64,000 nucleotides of DNA from Minisyncoccota bacterium. GTDB taxonomy: Bacteria; Patescibacteriota; Minisyncoccia; Phycocordibacterales; UBA918. The position numbers and the translations under genes were made by a program. Below the pieces are notes generated by a model, which saw nothing but the letters and a program-made list of their open reading frames with translations, was not told the DNA's origin and did not search any database. Positions 29,738 through 37,701 of the stretch are shown here, piece by piece. The stretch is taken from assembly GCA_041389045.1 (NCBI GenBank), contig JAWKSQ010000001.1:11063-75062 (forward strand). Direction: 5' to 3'. Position 1 is the stretch's first letter. Each line of letters opens with the position of its first letter.

Positions 29738-30472
29738 TTATACTGAGTTATTTCCCGTTAGTTTCAAATACTTCTCTTCCACCGAACCTTCCTTGGTAAA
29801 GTCAGCGATAGATTCGCAAATTAGAAGCTTTCCTTTATTAATCACGGCCACCTCATCACACAGTTGTTGTATCTCTTCTAGATAATGAGACGTAAGAATA
29901 ATAGTGGTACCAGCCTGATTTAGTTCCCTAAAGTACTTCCAAAGACTTCTCCGTTGCTCAACGTCTACGCCAGCGGTTGGTTCGTCTAAGATCAGTAGCG
30001 GTGGTTTATGAATAAGTGCGCGAGCTAGCGTAACTCGCCTTTTGAGTCCACCCGAGAGTTCCTTGAACTGCTTATTGGCATGTTCGTTTAGATCAAACTG
30101 ATTAAGTAATTCTTCAATTCTGGTTTTTCTTTCAGTGATAGATAAACCATAATAACCACCAACAAAATCCAAAAGTTGCCGAGGGGTCGCAAAAATATCC
30201 ACATTAAATTCTTGTGGTGAAAGACCGATTTGTTGCCTAGCCTCCTGGTACTCGGCCACCACATCCTTTCCACCCACCACAATATTTCCACCCGTAATAC
30301 GCCCAATACCAGTGATGCAGTGAATCAGAGTAGATTTCCCGGCACCATTAGGACCAAGTAAACCAAAGAAACCGCCTGCGTTTATACTTAAATTAAAATC
30401 CTCCAGCACGACTTTCTCGCCGTACTTTTTAGTTAAATTCTTCACCTCCAAAATTGGTAATTTTTCTTGCAT
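29738..30472 (-). CDS. ABC transporter ATP-binding protein
   Basis: Walker A GPNGAGKST, signature LSGGLKRR, Walker B LLILDEPT. Confidence 0.92.
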   Translation of the reverse strand: MQEKLPILEVKNLTKKYGEKVVLEDFNLSINAGGFFGLLGPNGAGKSTLIHCITGIGRITGGNIVVGGKDVVAEYQEARQQIGLSPQEFNVDIFATPRQLLDFVGGYYGLSITERKTRIEELLNQFDLNEHANKQFKELSGGLKRRVTLARALIHKPPLLILDEPTAGVDVEQRRSLWKYFRELNQAGTTIILTSHYLEEIQQLCDEVAVINKGKLLICESIADFTKEGSVEEKYLKLTGNNSV

Positions 30473-30583
30473 GAAAAGAAGTATAACAGAATTTTATAAA
30501 GGCAGTTTATTAAAAATTTAGGCAGACATACGAAAGCCCAGTTCCCGTGAGGTCCTGGGCTTTGCTCTCTGGTCCGGCGTTGA

Positions 30584-30661
30584 TCAGGTCGCGGCGTTGA
30601 AAGTGTTGTTCAGCACAACACCTTGAGGGGCGCCTTGACGGGCGCGGCAGGTTGGTTTCAT
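30584..30661 (-). CDS. Candidate 25-aa small ORF (MKPTCRARQGAPQGVVLNNTFNAAT) inside a GC-rich structured element
   Basis: The RBS aaggag lies 6 nt upstream of the ATG, and a hairpin aaagcccagg.../...cctgggcttt follows. The alternative is a non-coding structured RNA. Confidence 0.25.
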   Translation of the reverse strand: MKPTCRARQGAPQGVVLNNTFNAAT

Positions 30662-30854
30662 GAGATACTCCTTGAAACGAAAGAACTAGACCGCTCGTGC
30701 GTACGAGCATCCTTGCGTCAGCTTGGACTCTTTTATGCTATCACAAGCAAATAAAGTTACAATAGTGGCTTTCACACTATTTATTAATAGTGTGTTCGCA
30801 GTTAAATTTATGCAACTCTTTTAAATATCATTATCGCTATCCTATCCGCCTTTT

Positions 30855-31123
30855 ACTTTACATCCCACCCCTTCTTATATATAGTGCTCGGCTTGTGCCG
30901 GGCATTCTTCGTGAGAAATTTGAAAAATATCCAGAAAAACCTTTATTTTTAAGCTTATTTAGATTATTAACCTAAGAAATTATTATGTTTGACCTAAAAG
31001 TAATCAATGCCGTTCTTGAAGAAATGGAGACAGAACGTGGTATTGCTAAAGAAAAATTAATCGACGCTATTGAGCAGTCTCTAGCTACCGCCTACAAAAA
31101 GGAGTTTGGGAAGCGTGGCCAAA
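30855..31123 (+). repeat. Direct repeat copy 1: nusA upstream region plus the first 46 codons
   Basis: It is identical to 33365..33649 except for 2 substitutions and a 16-nt indel, counted by eye. Confidence 0.9.
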
Positions 31124-31155
31124 GCAAAACCGCTATACATTGGGAAACAAAATAG
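30985..31155 (+). pseudogene. Truncated nusA 5' fragment (46 NusA codons fused to 10 foreign codons)
   Basis: MFDLKVINAVLEEMETERGIAKEKLIDAIEQSLATAYKKEFGKRGQ is followed by SKTAIHWETK*. Confidence 0.85.
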
Positions 31156-31403
31156 ACGATGTCTTTTTAGTCGCTATTGAGTTCAGCTTTCTTGCGAGCT
31201 ATGCTAGTAAAGACACGAAGATAATTCATCTTGAGCGTTGTATCTCAAGAGTAGATTTACTAAAAATATTATTACAGCTGGCATGGGAAATCCGTGCTCT
31301 CGACACAAAGAAATACACAGTGTTAAGTGAGCAATTACAGGAAGTCGGTAGGATGCTCGGTGGTTGGAAGAAAGGATTAGAGACGAAAAACTCCCCACAT
31401 TAG
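31140..31403 (+). pseudogene. avd: Avd-like four-helix-bundle protein (DGR accessory variability determinant family), 5'-truncated at the repeat junction
   Basis: The frame is open back to the junction at 31124 (…RYTLGNKIDD…). The C-terminus LSEQLQEVGRMLGGWKKGL resembles the Avd / 23S-IVS four-helix-bundle signature (…VGRILGSWI…). Confidence 0.65.
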
Positions 31404-31421
31404 TGAGGAGAAAACGATGTG

Positions 31422-31535
31422 TTGCTTGACCACCAGACGATGGCGATTGTCGGCATTCCAGACGTTGTCGTTCTCGAAGCGGTTCACGTTGGCCTTGAGC
31501 TTAACACCATTCACGTTGACGTTAGCGACGAACAG
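31422..31535 (-). repeat. DGR template repeat (TR), 114 nt, adenine/AAC-rich on the minus strand
   Basis: It aligns without gaps to 31856..31969. There are 20 mismatches, 18 of them at TR adenines. It reads ...ANVNVNGVKLKANVNRFENDNVWNADNRHRLVVKQ. Confidence 0.85.
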
Positions 31536-31780
31536 AAACGATATGTGGAATATACCATCCATACCACCAACGTTTGATAGTAAACTAACGAACGCATGAA
31601 TTTTATGCGAGACCTAAAAGTCTTCCAGTATACTCCACCAACAAATTATTTTTTGAAAAGAAATAATATATCTATACTTCACTTAGCCGTGACTTCATGA
31701 ATTCTAAGTTACACATTTCTGCACACAAACTTCCAAAGCCGTAACCGTTGAAATAGTATTTGCGGCCTCTTTAGTATACG

Positions 31781-31815
31781 AAAAAATCCCTCGGACGCGC
31801 GAAGCGTCCGAGGGA
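31781..31815 (-). terminator. Hairpin/terminator immediately downstream of the VR
   Basis: Stem tccctcggacgc / gcgtccgaggga with a T-run on the minus strand. Confidence 0.7.
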
Positions 31816-31852
31816 TAAAGAGTCAAAGACCTAAGAGCTGAGTTCAAGCAGT

Positions 31853-32448
31853 CTATTGCCTGACCACCAGACGAGGGCGACTGCCGGCATGCCAGACGTC
31901 GTTGCTCTCGAAGCGGAACACGCAGGCCTCGAGCCCCACACCATACACGTCGACGAGAGCGACGAACAGCTCGCCATCCACTTCAAACAAAAAGAAGGTA
32001 CCGTAGCCTTCCTGCCGAAGTGAGTCGCTGTGCGAGCGACAGAACTCCACGATCTGCCCCTGTGTGAGACAGAGCTTACGCGGATCACCGAGCGAACCGA
32101 ACAGCGTTTTGAATGTGCCGTTGCGGGTCATTTCGTGCACGTCAACTTTGGCCTCGGCGGTGTCTTCGCCAGTGACATCGGTGCCCCAGTTTTTGAAGTC
32201 ACTGTCGATGTAGCCGGTGAAGACCTTTGTGGCCTTGACCAGTGTGGCGTCACCCTTGGTTGAGGGGAGCGTGATGGTTGCGAGGTGGCGCAGATACGAA
32301 TACTTCTTGTTGCCACCAAGTACCGATTCTATTTCTCGAAACTGCTCGGGAGTCGCTTGCCCAAACTTGGTGACAAGCTCGGCATTCCAGCCGACTGCCT
32401 CCAGCTTTTGACCAGCTGGGCGATTTGGTTGAAGCTGTATGAAGACAT
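31853..32448 (-). pseudogene. DGR target protein (~198 aa, GC-rich) with the VR at its C-terminus and a 1-nt frameshift at codon ~15
   Basis: The ATG at 32448 gives MSSYSFNQIAQLVK. One extra A in the aaaa run (32406..32409) joins this to LEAVGWNAELVTKFGQATPEQFREIE...VFRFESNDVWHAGSRPRLVVRQ*. The length of 596 nt equals 3n-1. Confidence 0.75.
31856..31969 (-). repeat. DGR variable repeat (VR), the last 38 codons of the target ORF
   Basis: See the TR alignment. VR codons CTC, GAC, TAT, GGG, GAG, TGC, TTC, AGC, CAT, GGC, AGT, CCT and AGG replace TR AAC/AAT/AAG/GAC/CAT codons. Confidence 0.85.
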
Positions 32449-32814
32449 GTCTTCATTCCTTTCCGGCACATGTGCCATTTTGCCAGCGGGTTTCCAAAAT
32501 TGGATTTACCATAGCTTTAAAGCAATAATTGAATTACAAACTTAAAGCTATGGTAAAAGTTTTTAATGAACTGCTTGCCCACCTTTAAATACAGTCATAG
32601 AATAAACATCTATGAACCAAGGAAACAAAAGAGAACATCTACACTAACTCAGGCAACTATAATACCACATTTCTGACTATTTAGCAAGGCATAATAAAAA
32701 CTTGGTTCATATCATCCAGACCCTGGGCCTTTACGTAGGGCGGGAGTTTGAGATGTTGGACGAAGTAAAGGCTTAATAGCGAGAATAAGCAGGCTTGTGA
32801 AACTGAGAAATTAA

Positions 32815-32846
32815 TGTATGATAATTTCATATTAAATTATCATACA
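32815..32846. promoter_or_regulatory. 13-bp inverted repeat operator just upstream of the antitoxin start
   Basis: tgtatgataattt cat att aaattatcataca ends 6 nt before the ATG at 32852. Confidence 0.55.
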
Positions 32847-32851
32847 ATTCT

Positions 32852-33019
32852 ATGTCTACTATTTCTGTACCCCTAACCCCTGAGCTTTCAAAGTACATTG
32901 AAGAAGCTACTAAAAGTAGCGGCTTAACTAAGTCTGATATAATGCGTCAAGCCCTTACTCTCTACGCCGAAGAACAGGCTGTTCGTAAGGTACTTCTGGC
33001 AGTCAGTGAACCTTCCTAG
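32852..33019 (+). CDS. RHH (CopG/ParD-like) antitoxin, 55 aa
   Basis: MSTISVPLTPELSKYIEEATKSSGLTKSDIMRQALTLYAEEQAVRKVLLAVSEPS. It is below the ORF-track size cut-off and lies directly upstream of the toxin. Confidence 0.7.
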   Translation: MSTISVPLTPELSKYIEEATKSSGLTKSDIMRQALTLYAEEQAVRKVLLAVSEPS

Positions 33020-33059
33020 AAGGTGACCTATGTGATCTAATGGAAAAATTAGACTAAAC

Positions 33060-33317
33060 ATGCAAATCCTTTACAAGCCATCGTTCGTTCGAGAATTTAA
33101 AAAACTACCAGAAGAGTTAAAGGAAGCAGCCTTGGAACGCATTGAATTATTTAAAGACCCCTCAAATCACGACAAGCTAAAAGTCCATAAACTTAAAGGT
33201 AAATTAAAGGATTTCTACAGCTTCTCAGCCACCTACTCGCACCGGATCGTATTTATGTATGAGCAGAAAGAAACTGTAGTTTTTCTAGCCATTGGTGACC
33301 ACAGTGTTTATAAGTAA
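33060..33317 (+). CDS. RelE/ParE family type II toxin
   Basis: MQILYKPSFVREFKKLPEELKEAALERIELF...HKLKGKLKDFYSFSATYSHRIVFMYEQKETVVFLAIGDHSVY matches the RelE/ParE pattern. Confidence 0.8.
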   Translation: MQILYKPSFVREFKKLPEELKEAALERIELFKDPSNHDKLKVHKLKGKLKDFYSFSATYSHRIVFMYEQKETVVFLAIGDHSVYK

Positions 33318-33364
33318 CACCCAAAATCCATCCGAATTCGCCTTATCAAAGGTAGCAAAAATTC

Positions 33365-33649
33365 ACTTTACATCCCACCTCTTCTTATATATAGTATAAG
33401 GACTCATGAATGCTCGGCTTGTGCCGGGCATTCTTCGTGAGAAATGTGAAAAATATCCAGAAAAACCTTTATTTTTAAGCTTATTTAGATTATTAACCTA
33501 AGAAATTATTATGTTTGACCTAAAAGTAATCAATGCCGTTCTTGAAGAAATGGAGACAGAACGTGGTATTGCTAAAGAAAAATTAATCGACGCTATTGAG
33601 CAGTCTCTAGCTACCGCCTACAAAAAGGAGTTTGGGAAGCGTGGCCAAA
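33365..33649 (+). repeat. Direct repeat copy 2 (native promoter/5' end of the intact nusA)
   Basis: It pairs with 30855..31123. Confidence 0.9.
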
Positions 33650-34932
33650 TCATAAATGCTCACTTTGACCTCAACACTGGTACCACTACTTTCAACCAGA
33701 TCAAGATTGTGGTTGACGAAGACATGCTTAAGCCAGAGCTAGCTGATGGTGAAGAAGACGTCGAGGAAGAAGACGAAACTCCAGCTGATGGTGAAGAAGA
33801 AAAGAAGATTCGTTTTGACGATGAAAAGCATATTATGCTTTCTACCGCTAAGATGATTAAGAAAGATGCCCAAGTGAACGAAGAATTGGTTTTCCCACTA
33901 GAACCACGAGACGATTTTGGTCGCATTGCTGCTCAAACAGCCAAGCAGGTGATCGTCCAAAAAATTCGTGAGGCTGAAAAAGAAGCAGCTTTAGCTGAAT
34001 TCGGACAGAAAGCGGGTGACATTGTCATGGGACATGTTCAGCGCTTTGAGCGAGGGAATCTCTACGTTGACCTTGGTCGCGTAACGGCCATCATGCCTTA
34101 TGATGAGCAAATCCCGGGTGAAAGATATAAACCAGGCGAAAGAATCCGTGCCCTTCTGGTAGCCGTTGAAGAAACTTCACGCGGTATTTTCCTCAAGCTT
34201 TCACGTTCTCATCCTGATTTTCTATCTGGTCTATTTGCGATTGAAGCACCTGAGCTCCAAACCGGCGTAGTTGAAGTAAAGGCGGTCGCTCGCGAAGCTG
34301 GTGCCCGGTCTAAGATTGCCGTTTATGCTTCTGACCAACACATTGATCCAGTAGGGTCTCTAGTAGGACAACGAGGTGTTCGAGTATCGACGGTCATGAG
34401 TGAACTAGGTGGCGAGAAAATCGACATCATCGAATGGTCGCCAAACGTATCTGAGTTTCTGGAAGATTCTCTTTCTCCAGCTCAAGTACTTTCAATTAAA
34501 ATTGTTACTGAGCCAGATGCAGAAAAGAACGAACGCGGTCACGCTATTGCTGAAGTAGCTCCAGACCAACAGTCCCTAGCCATTGGTCGTGGTGGACAGA
34601 ACGTTCGCCTCGCTGCCAAACTGACTGGTTGGAAGATTGATATCGTTTCAGCGCAAAGTGGCGAAGCTCTAGCCGAAGCTGACGCTAATGGAAAGGTGGA
34701 CTTAGAGGCTGATGTCGACACTCCGGTCGGAAGTGATGAAGATGTACTGGAAAATGAAGACGCTACGACAGTAAATCCAGAGCTACCAAGTGAAGATGAA
34801 GCGACAAATGACCGTGACACCAATCCTGACTCCGAGGAAGAAAACGAAATCGATACTCCAGAAGAAGCAGAAGAGCTGGTAGCGGACGAACAAGACAAAG
34901 CTGACGTAGAGAAAGATGAAGAAAAGAAGTAA
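33511..34932 (+). CDS. nusA: Transcription termination/antitermination factor NusA, with an acidic insertion and an acidic C-terminal tail
   Basis: NusA N-terminal domain, S1 (GDIVMGHVQRFERGNLYVDLG), and KH1/KH2 (GQRGVRV, GRGGQNVRLA). Confidence 0.93.
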   Translation: MFDLKVINAVLEEMETERGIAKEKLIDAIEQSLATAYKKEFGKRGQIINAHFDLNTGTTTFNQIKIVVDEDMLKPELADGEEDVEEEDETPADGEEEKKIRFDDEKHIMLSTAKMIKKDAQVNEELVFPLEPRDDFGRIAAQTAKQVIVQKIREAEKEAALAEFGQKAGDIVMGHVQRFERGNLYVDLGRVTAIMPYDEQIPGERYKPGERIRALLVAVEETSRGIFLKLSRSHPDFLSGLFAIEAPELQTGVVEVKAVAREAGARSKIAVYASDQHIDPVGSLVGQRGVRVSTVMSELGGEKIDIIEWSPNVSEFLEDSLSPAQVLSIKIVTEPDAEKNERGHAIAEVAPDQQSLAIGRGGQNVRLAAKLTGWKIDIVSAQSGEALAEADANGKVDLEADVDTPVGSDEDVLENEDATTVNPELPSEDEATNDRDTNPDSEEENEIDTPEEAEELVADEQDKADVEKDEEKK

Positions 34933-34963
34933 TTATTTAGTTGTTATAAAATAATACCTATAT

Positions 34964-35491
34964 ATGAATCTACTACACGACATCGCCCCAGGCACCACTG
35001 AAGAAATGAATGTGATTGTTGAAATCCCAAAATTCTCAAAGAATAAATACGAAATCGACAAAGAGACTGGCATTATCGCCCTAGATCGAGTGATGCATTC
35101 AGCCCAAGATTATCCTTTTGACTACGGTTTTGTCCCCCAAACACTTTTCGATGACGGTGACGCACTGGACGTTGTACTAGTCACTACCTACCCACTAGCT
35201 CCTGGCATCCTGGTCAAAGCTCGCCCAGTTGCTGTTATGGAAATGATTGATGGTGGTGATTTAGATTCGAAAGTTGTAGCAGTACCAGTGGACGACCCAA
35301 GATTTGACGACATAAAGGATATCACCGACCTAAATAAGCATTTCATTAAAGAAATGACTCACTTCTTTGAAACCTATAAGAAAATTCAAACCGATGAAAA
35401 AATAGAAGTCGGTAAATGGCATGGAGCTAAAGAAGCCAAAGAAGCTTTTGCTCGCAGTTGCGAAATGTACAAGAAAGACAAAGCTAAATAA
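34964..35491 (+). CDS. ppa: Inorganic pyrophosphatase (family I)
   Basis: VIVEIPKFSKNKYEIDKETG…DGDALDVVL…VAVPVDDPRF. Confidence 0.93.
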   Translation: MNLLHDIAPGTTEEMNVIVEIPKFSKNKYEIDKETGIIALDRVMHSAQDYPFDYGFVPQTLFDDGDALDVVLVTTYPLAPGILVKARPVAVMEMIDGGDLDSKVVAVPVDDPRFDDIKDITDLNKHFIKEMTHFFETYKKIQTDEKIEVGKWHGAKEAKEAFARSCEMYKKDKAK

Positions 35492-35683
35492 TCTAATTAT
35501 TTATGCTCAACAAAAAGCCGGATGATAACTTCGTTATCATCCGGCTTTTGTTGAGCCAACATTTTTTATTGTTTTGACACAAAAATAGTACCTAGCCTGT
35601 GCATACCAAAACCCACTTAGTATGGCGAGTGACGGTATACTATTTTTATCCACCACGATTTCAAGATTAATTAAATTTACACA

Positions 35684-36484
35684 ATGACAAAATTATTTAC
35701 CCTCAAAAACTTATCCTTATTACCAGTCACTTTAATACTATTAGTCTTTGCCTATAGCGCATTAGCACAAGAGGACAATACTTCAGCCGACCGAGTAGAT
35801 GCCGAAATCTATCCCAGTGGCACTGCGGTACCACCACCAGAAAACAGTCTGCGACCAACTCCCATCAACAATACCGACCGAGTCGAGAACCGCCCTGAAT
35901 TAATGCCAGAACGCAGAGAAAATATTGCTGAAAGAAAAGCGGAAATTGAAGAGAAAGTCGAAGACAAAAGGATGCAAATAGAAGAAAGACTCGAGGAAGG
36001 TAAAATTAAGCTGGAAGAAAAACGAGCAGAAATAGCAGAAAGAAAAACTGCTCTGCGTGCCGTCCAACAAGAACGCATCATAAATCTGGCCGCCAATATC
36101 AGTAACCGTATGGACGCGGCTATCAATCGTCTCTTCACTATCATCGAAAGATTGGAACAAAGAATGGCCAAGATGAAGGAAGCCGGTGTCGCCACCGAAC
36201 CAGCTGAGGAAAAGCTTAGGGAAGCCGCCAGAAATCTTTCTGAAGCAAGAAGCCTAATGCAAGATATTGATCTATATGTAACTGAGGCAACTGCTTCAAC
36301 TGAACCTGTTGGTAAATGGCAAAGTGTAAAGGAACGTTACCTTAATGTCGGAAAACTCATCCGCCTCGCCCATCAAAATTTACGTGAGTCTATTAAACTC
36401 TTGAAAGAAGCTACCCGAGAGGAAGTACGTCCGAGTGACGAGAGTGAAGCTACCACAACTACTTCAAACTTAATAGAGCGATAA
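35684..36484 (+). CDS. Secreted coiled-coil protein, hypothetical
   Basis: A signal peptide is followed by a long E/K/R-rich helical region. Confidence 0.55.
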   Translation: MTKLFTLKNLSLLPVTLILLVFAYSALAQEDNTSADRVDAEIYPSGTAVPPPENSLRPTPINNTDRVENRPELMPERRENIAERKAEIEEKVEDKRMQIEERLEEGKIKLEEKRAEIAERKTALRAVQQERIINLAANISNRMDAAINRLFTIIERLEQRMAKMKEAGVATEPAEEKLREAARNLSEARSLMQDIDLYVTEATASTEPVGKWQSVKERYLNVGKLIRLAHQNLRESIKLLKEATREEVRPSDESEATTTTSNLIER

Positions 36485-36493
36485 TTAATTCTT

Positions 36494-36883
36494 ATGGATA
36501 ATCAACCAAAATTTGAAGGTGAGGAAATGAAAATGCCAGAACAAATGCCAACCGAAAGTGAGGTAGATACAGCAGTCACCGAACATAAGGGACTAACCAT
36601 AATTATGTTGCTGGTGGCCTTAGTAGTAATTTTGATTGGACTAGTCTACTGGTATCAAGCGATGAATAGAGAGGTGCCAATGCAAGAAGTGCCAATGCGA
36701 CCAACCTATGAAACTAATAACGAACCAGAAAGTACCACCGCTGAAGCTCAGGTAGACAGCTTTGGTGTCATGAGTACCTCAGACGAACTTGGTACTATTG
36801 AAGCTGATCTAGAAAGCACCAACCTAGACTCACTAGAAGCTGAGATGATACAAATAGAAGAAGAGTTACAGGCCGAATACTAA
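36494..36883 (+). CDS. Hypothetical single-pass membrane protein
   Basis: One TM segment (LTIIMLLVALVVILIGLVYWY) and an acidic tail. Confidence 0.5.
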   Translation: MDNQPKFEGEEMKMPEQMPTESEVDTAVTEHKGLTIIMLLVALVVILIGLVYWYQAMNREVPMQEVPMRPTYETNNEPESTTAEAQVDSFGVMSTSDELGTIEADLESTNLDSLEAEMIQIEEELQAEY

Positions 36884-37021
36884 AAGCTTAAAACTAACAC
36901 TCCCCCGCGAAGCCTACGGCTTCGCGGGGGAGTGTTTTACTACTTGCTAAACTCTAATATTTAAAAAGCCGGTTGCTCACTTTCGTAAGCAACCGGCCCT
37001 TCAGGAACAATCGAGAACAAT

Positions 37022-37540
37022 TCAGTTCAAATCGGCCATTGACAGTGTCCTCTCGAAGTCTGGTTGCCCTTCGACAGTAGTTGACGGAAAATGGGTCGAA
37101 GCCACAAAATCACTGTCCATCAGACCTCGGATGCGGTAAATGGCCAAAAGATTTGTTGTGTCTTTGGCTTTTTGATACCAATCGCTTGCTCCAAAAAGCT
37201 CTCCTGCCAAGACCAAGAAAAGTGAATGGGCAACGAAAAATATCTCCGTGTTCCTTTCACTGTTGACTTGATTGGCCGGCTTGTGCTCTGAGGCAGACAA
37301 CTCGACTTTCGGTAGCCTGTGCAGGCAGCGCTCGCGAAACGCCAGGGCTTGCATAAGGCTCCAATGTGTTGAAACTTCATGAGGAATCAACTGCGTCGCA
37401 CAACAACCTGAACTCACTTCCCCGACAGACAAAAATAACCTGTCAGTTTCAGCGTGCGACATTTTCTTGAAACCTTCCAGGACAAAGTTTTCAGCTGCTT
37501 GGCTCAAGCCCTGAAATGGGTCTGCAACATAAATTTTCAT
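37022..37540 (-). CDS. Hypothetical protein (orphan, moderately GC-rich)
   Basis: The RBS ggagg lies 7 nt upstream of the ATG (MKIYVADPF…). Terminators are present on both sides. Confidence 0.5.
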   Translation of the reverse strand: MKIYVADPFQGLSQAAENFVLEGFKKMSHAETDRLFLSVGEVSSGCCATQLIPHEVSTHWSLMQALAFRERCLHRLPKVELSASEHKPANQVNSERNTEIFFVAHSLFLVLAGELFGASDWYQKAKDTTNLLAIYRIRGLMDSDFVASTHFPSTTVEGQPDFERTLSMADLN

Positions 37541-37701
37541 GATCAATCCTCCAAAAATGAAAACGAACATACGCAACCACCTAAATTAGGTGACTGCACC
37601 AAAATTTCAAACCGCACTATACGACTAAATATCAAATTAGTCAACAAAATTTCGGCTTCTTGGTTGCAATTCTTTTATATTTACGTACACTAGCGCGTAC
37701 T

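Noticed and set aside
30560-30600. ggaccagagag … aaagcccagga, resembling the ykkC (guanidine-I) riboswitch blocks GGUCCGAGAG and AAAGCCCGGGAGA.
   Set aside because: The two blocks are adjacent rather than separated by the P1b/P2 region. The other conserved ykkC segments (CUAGGGUUCCG, ACACGG) are absent.
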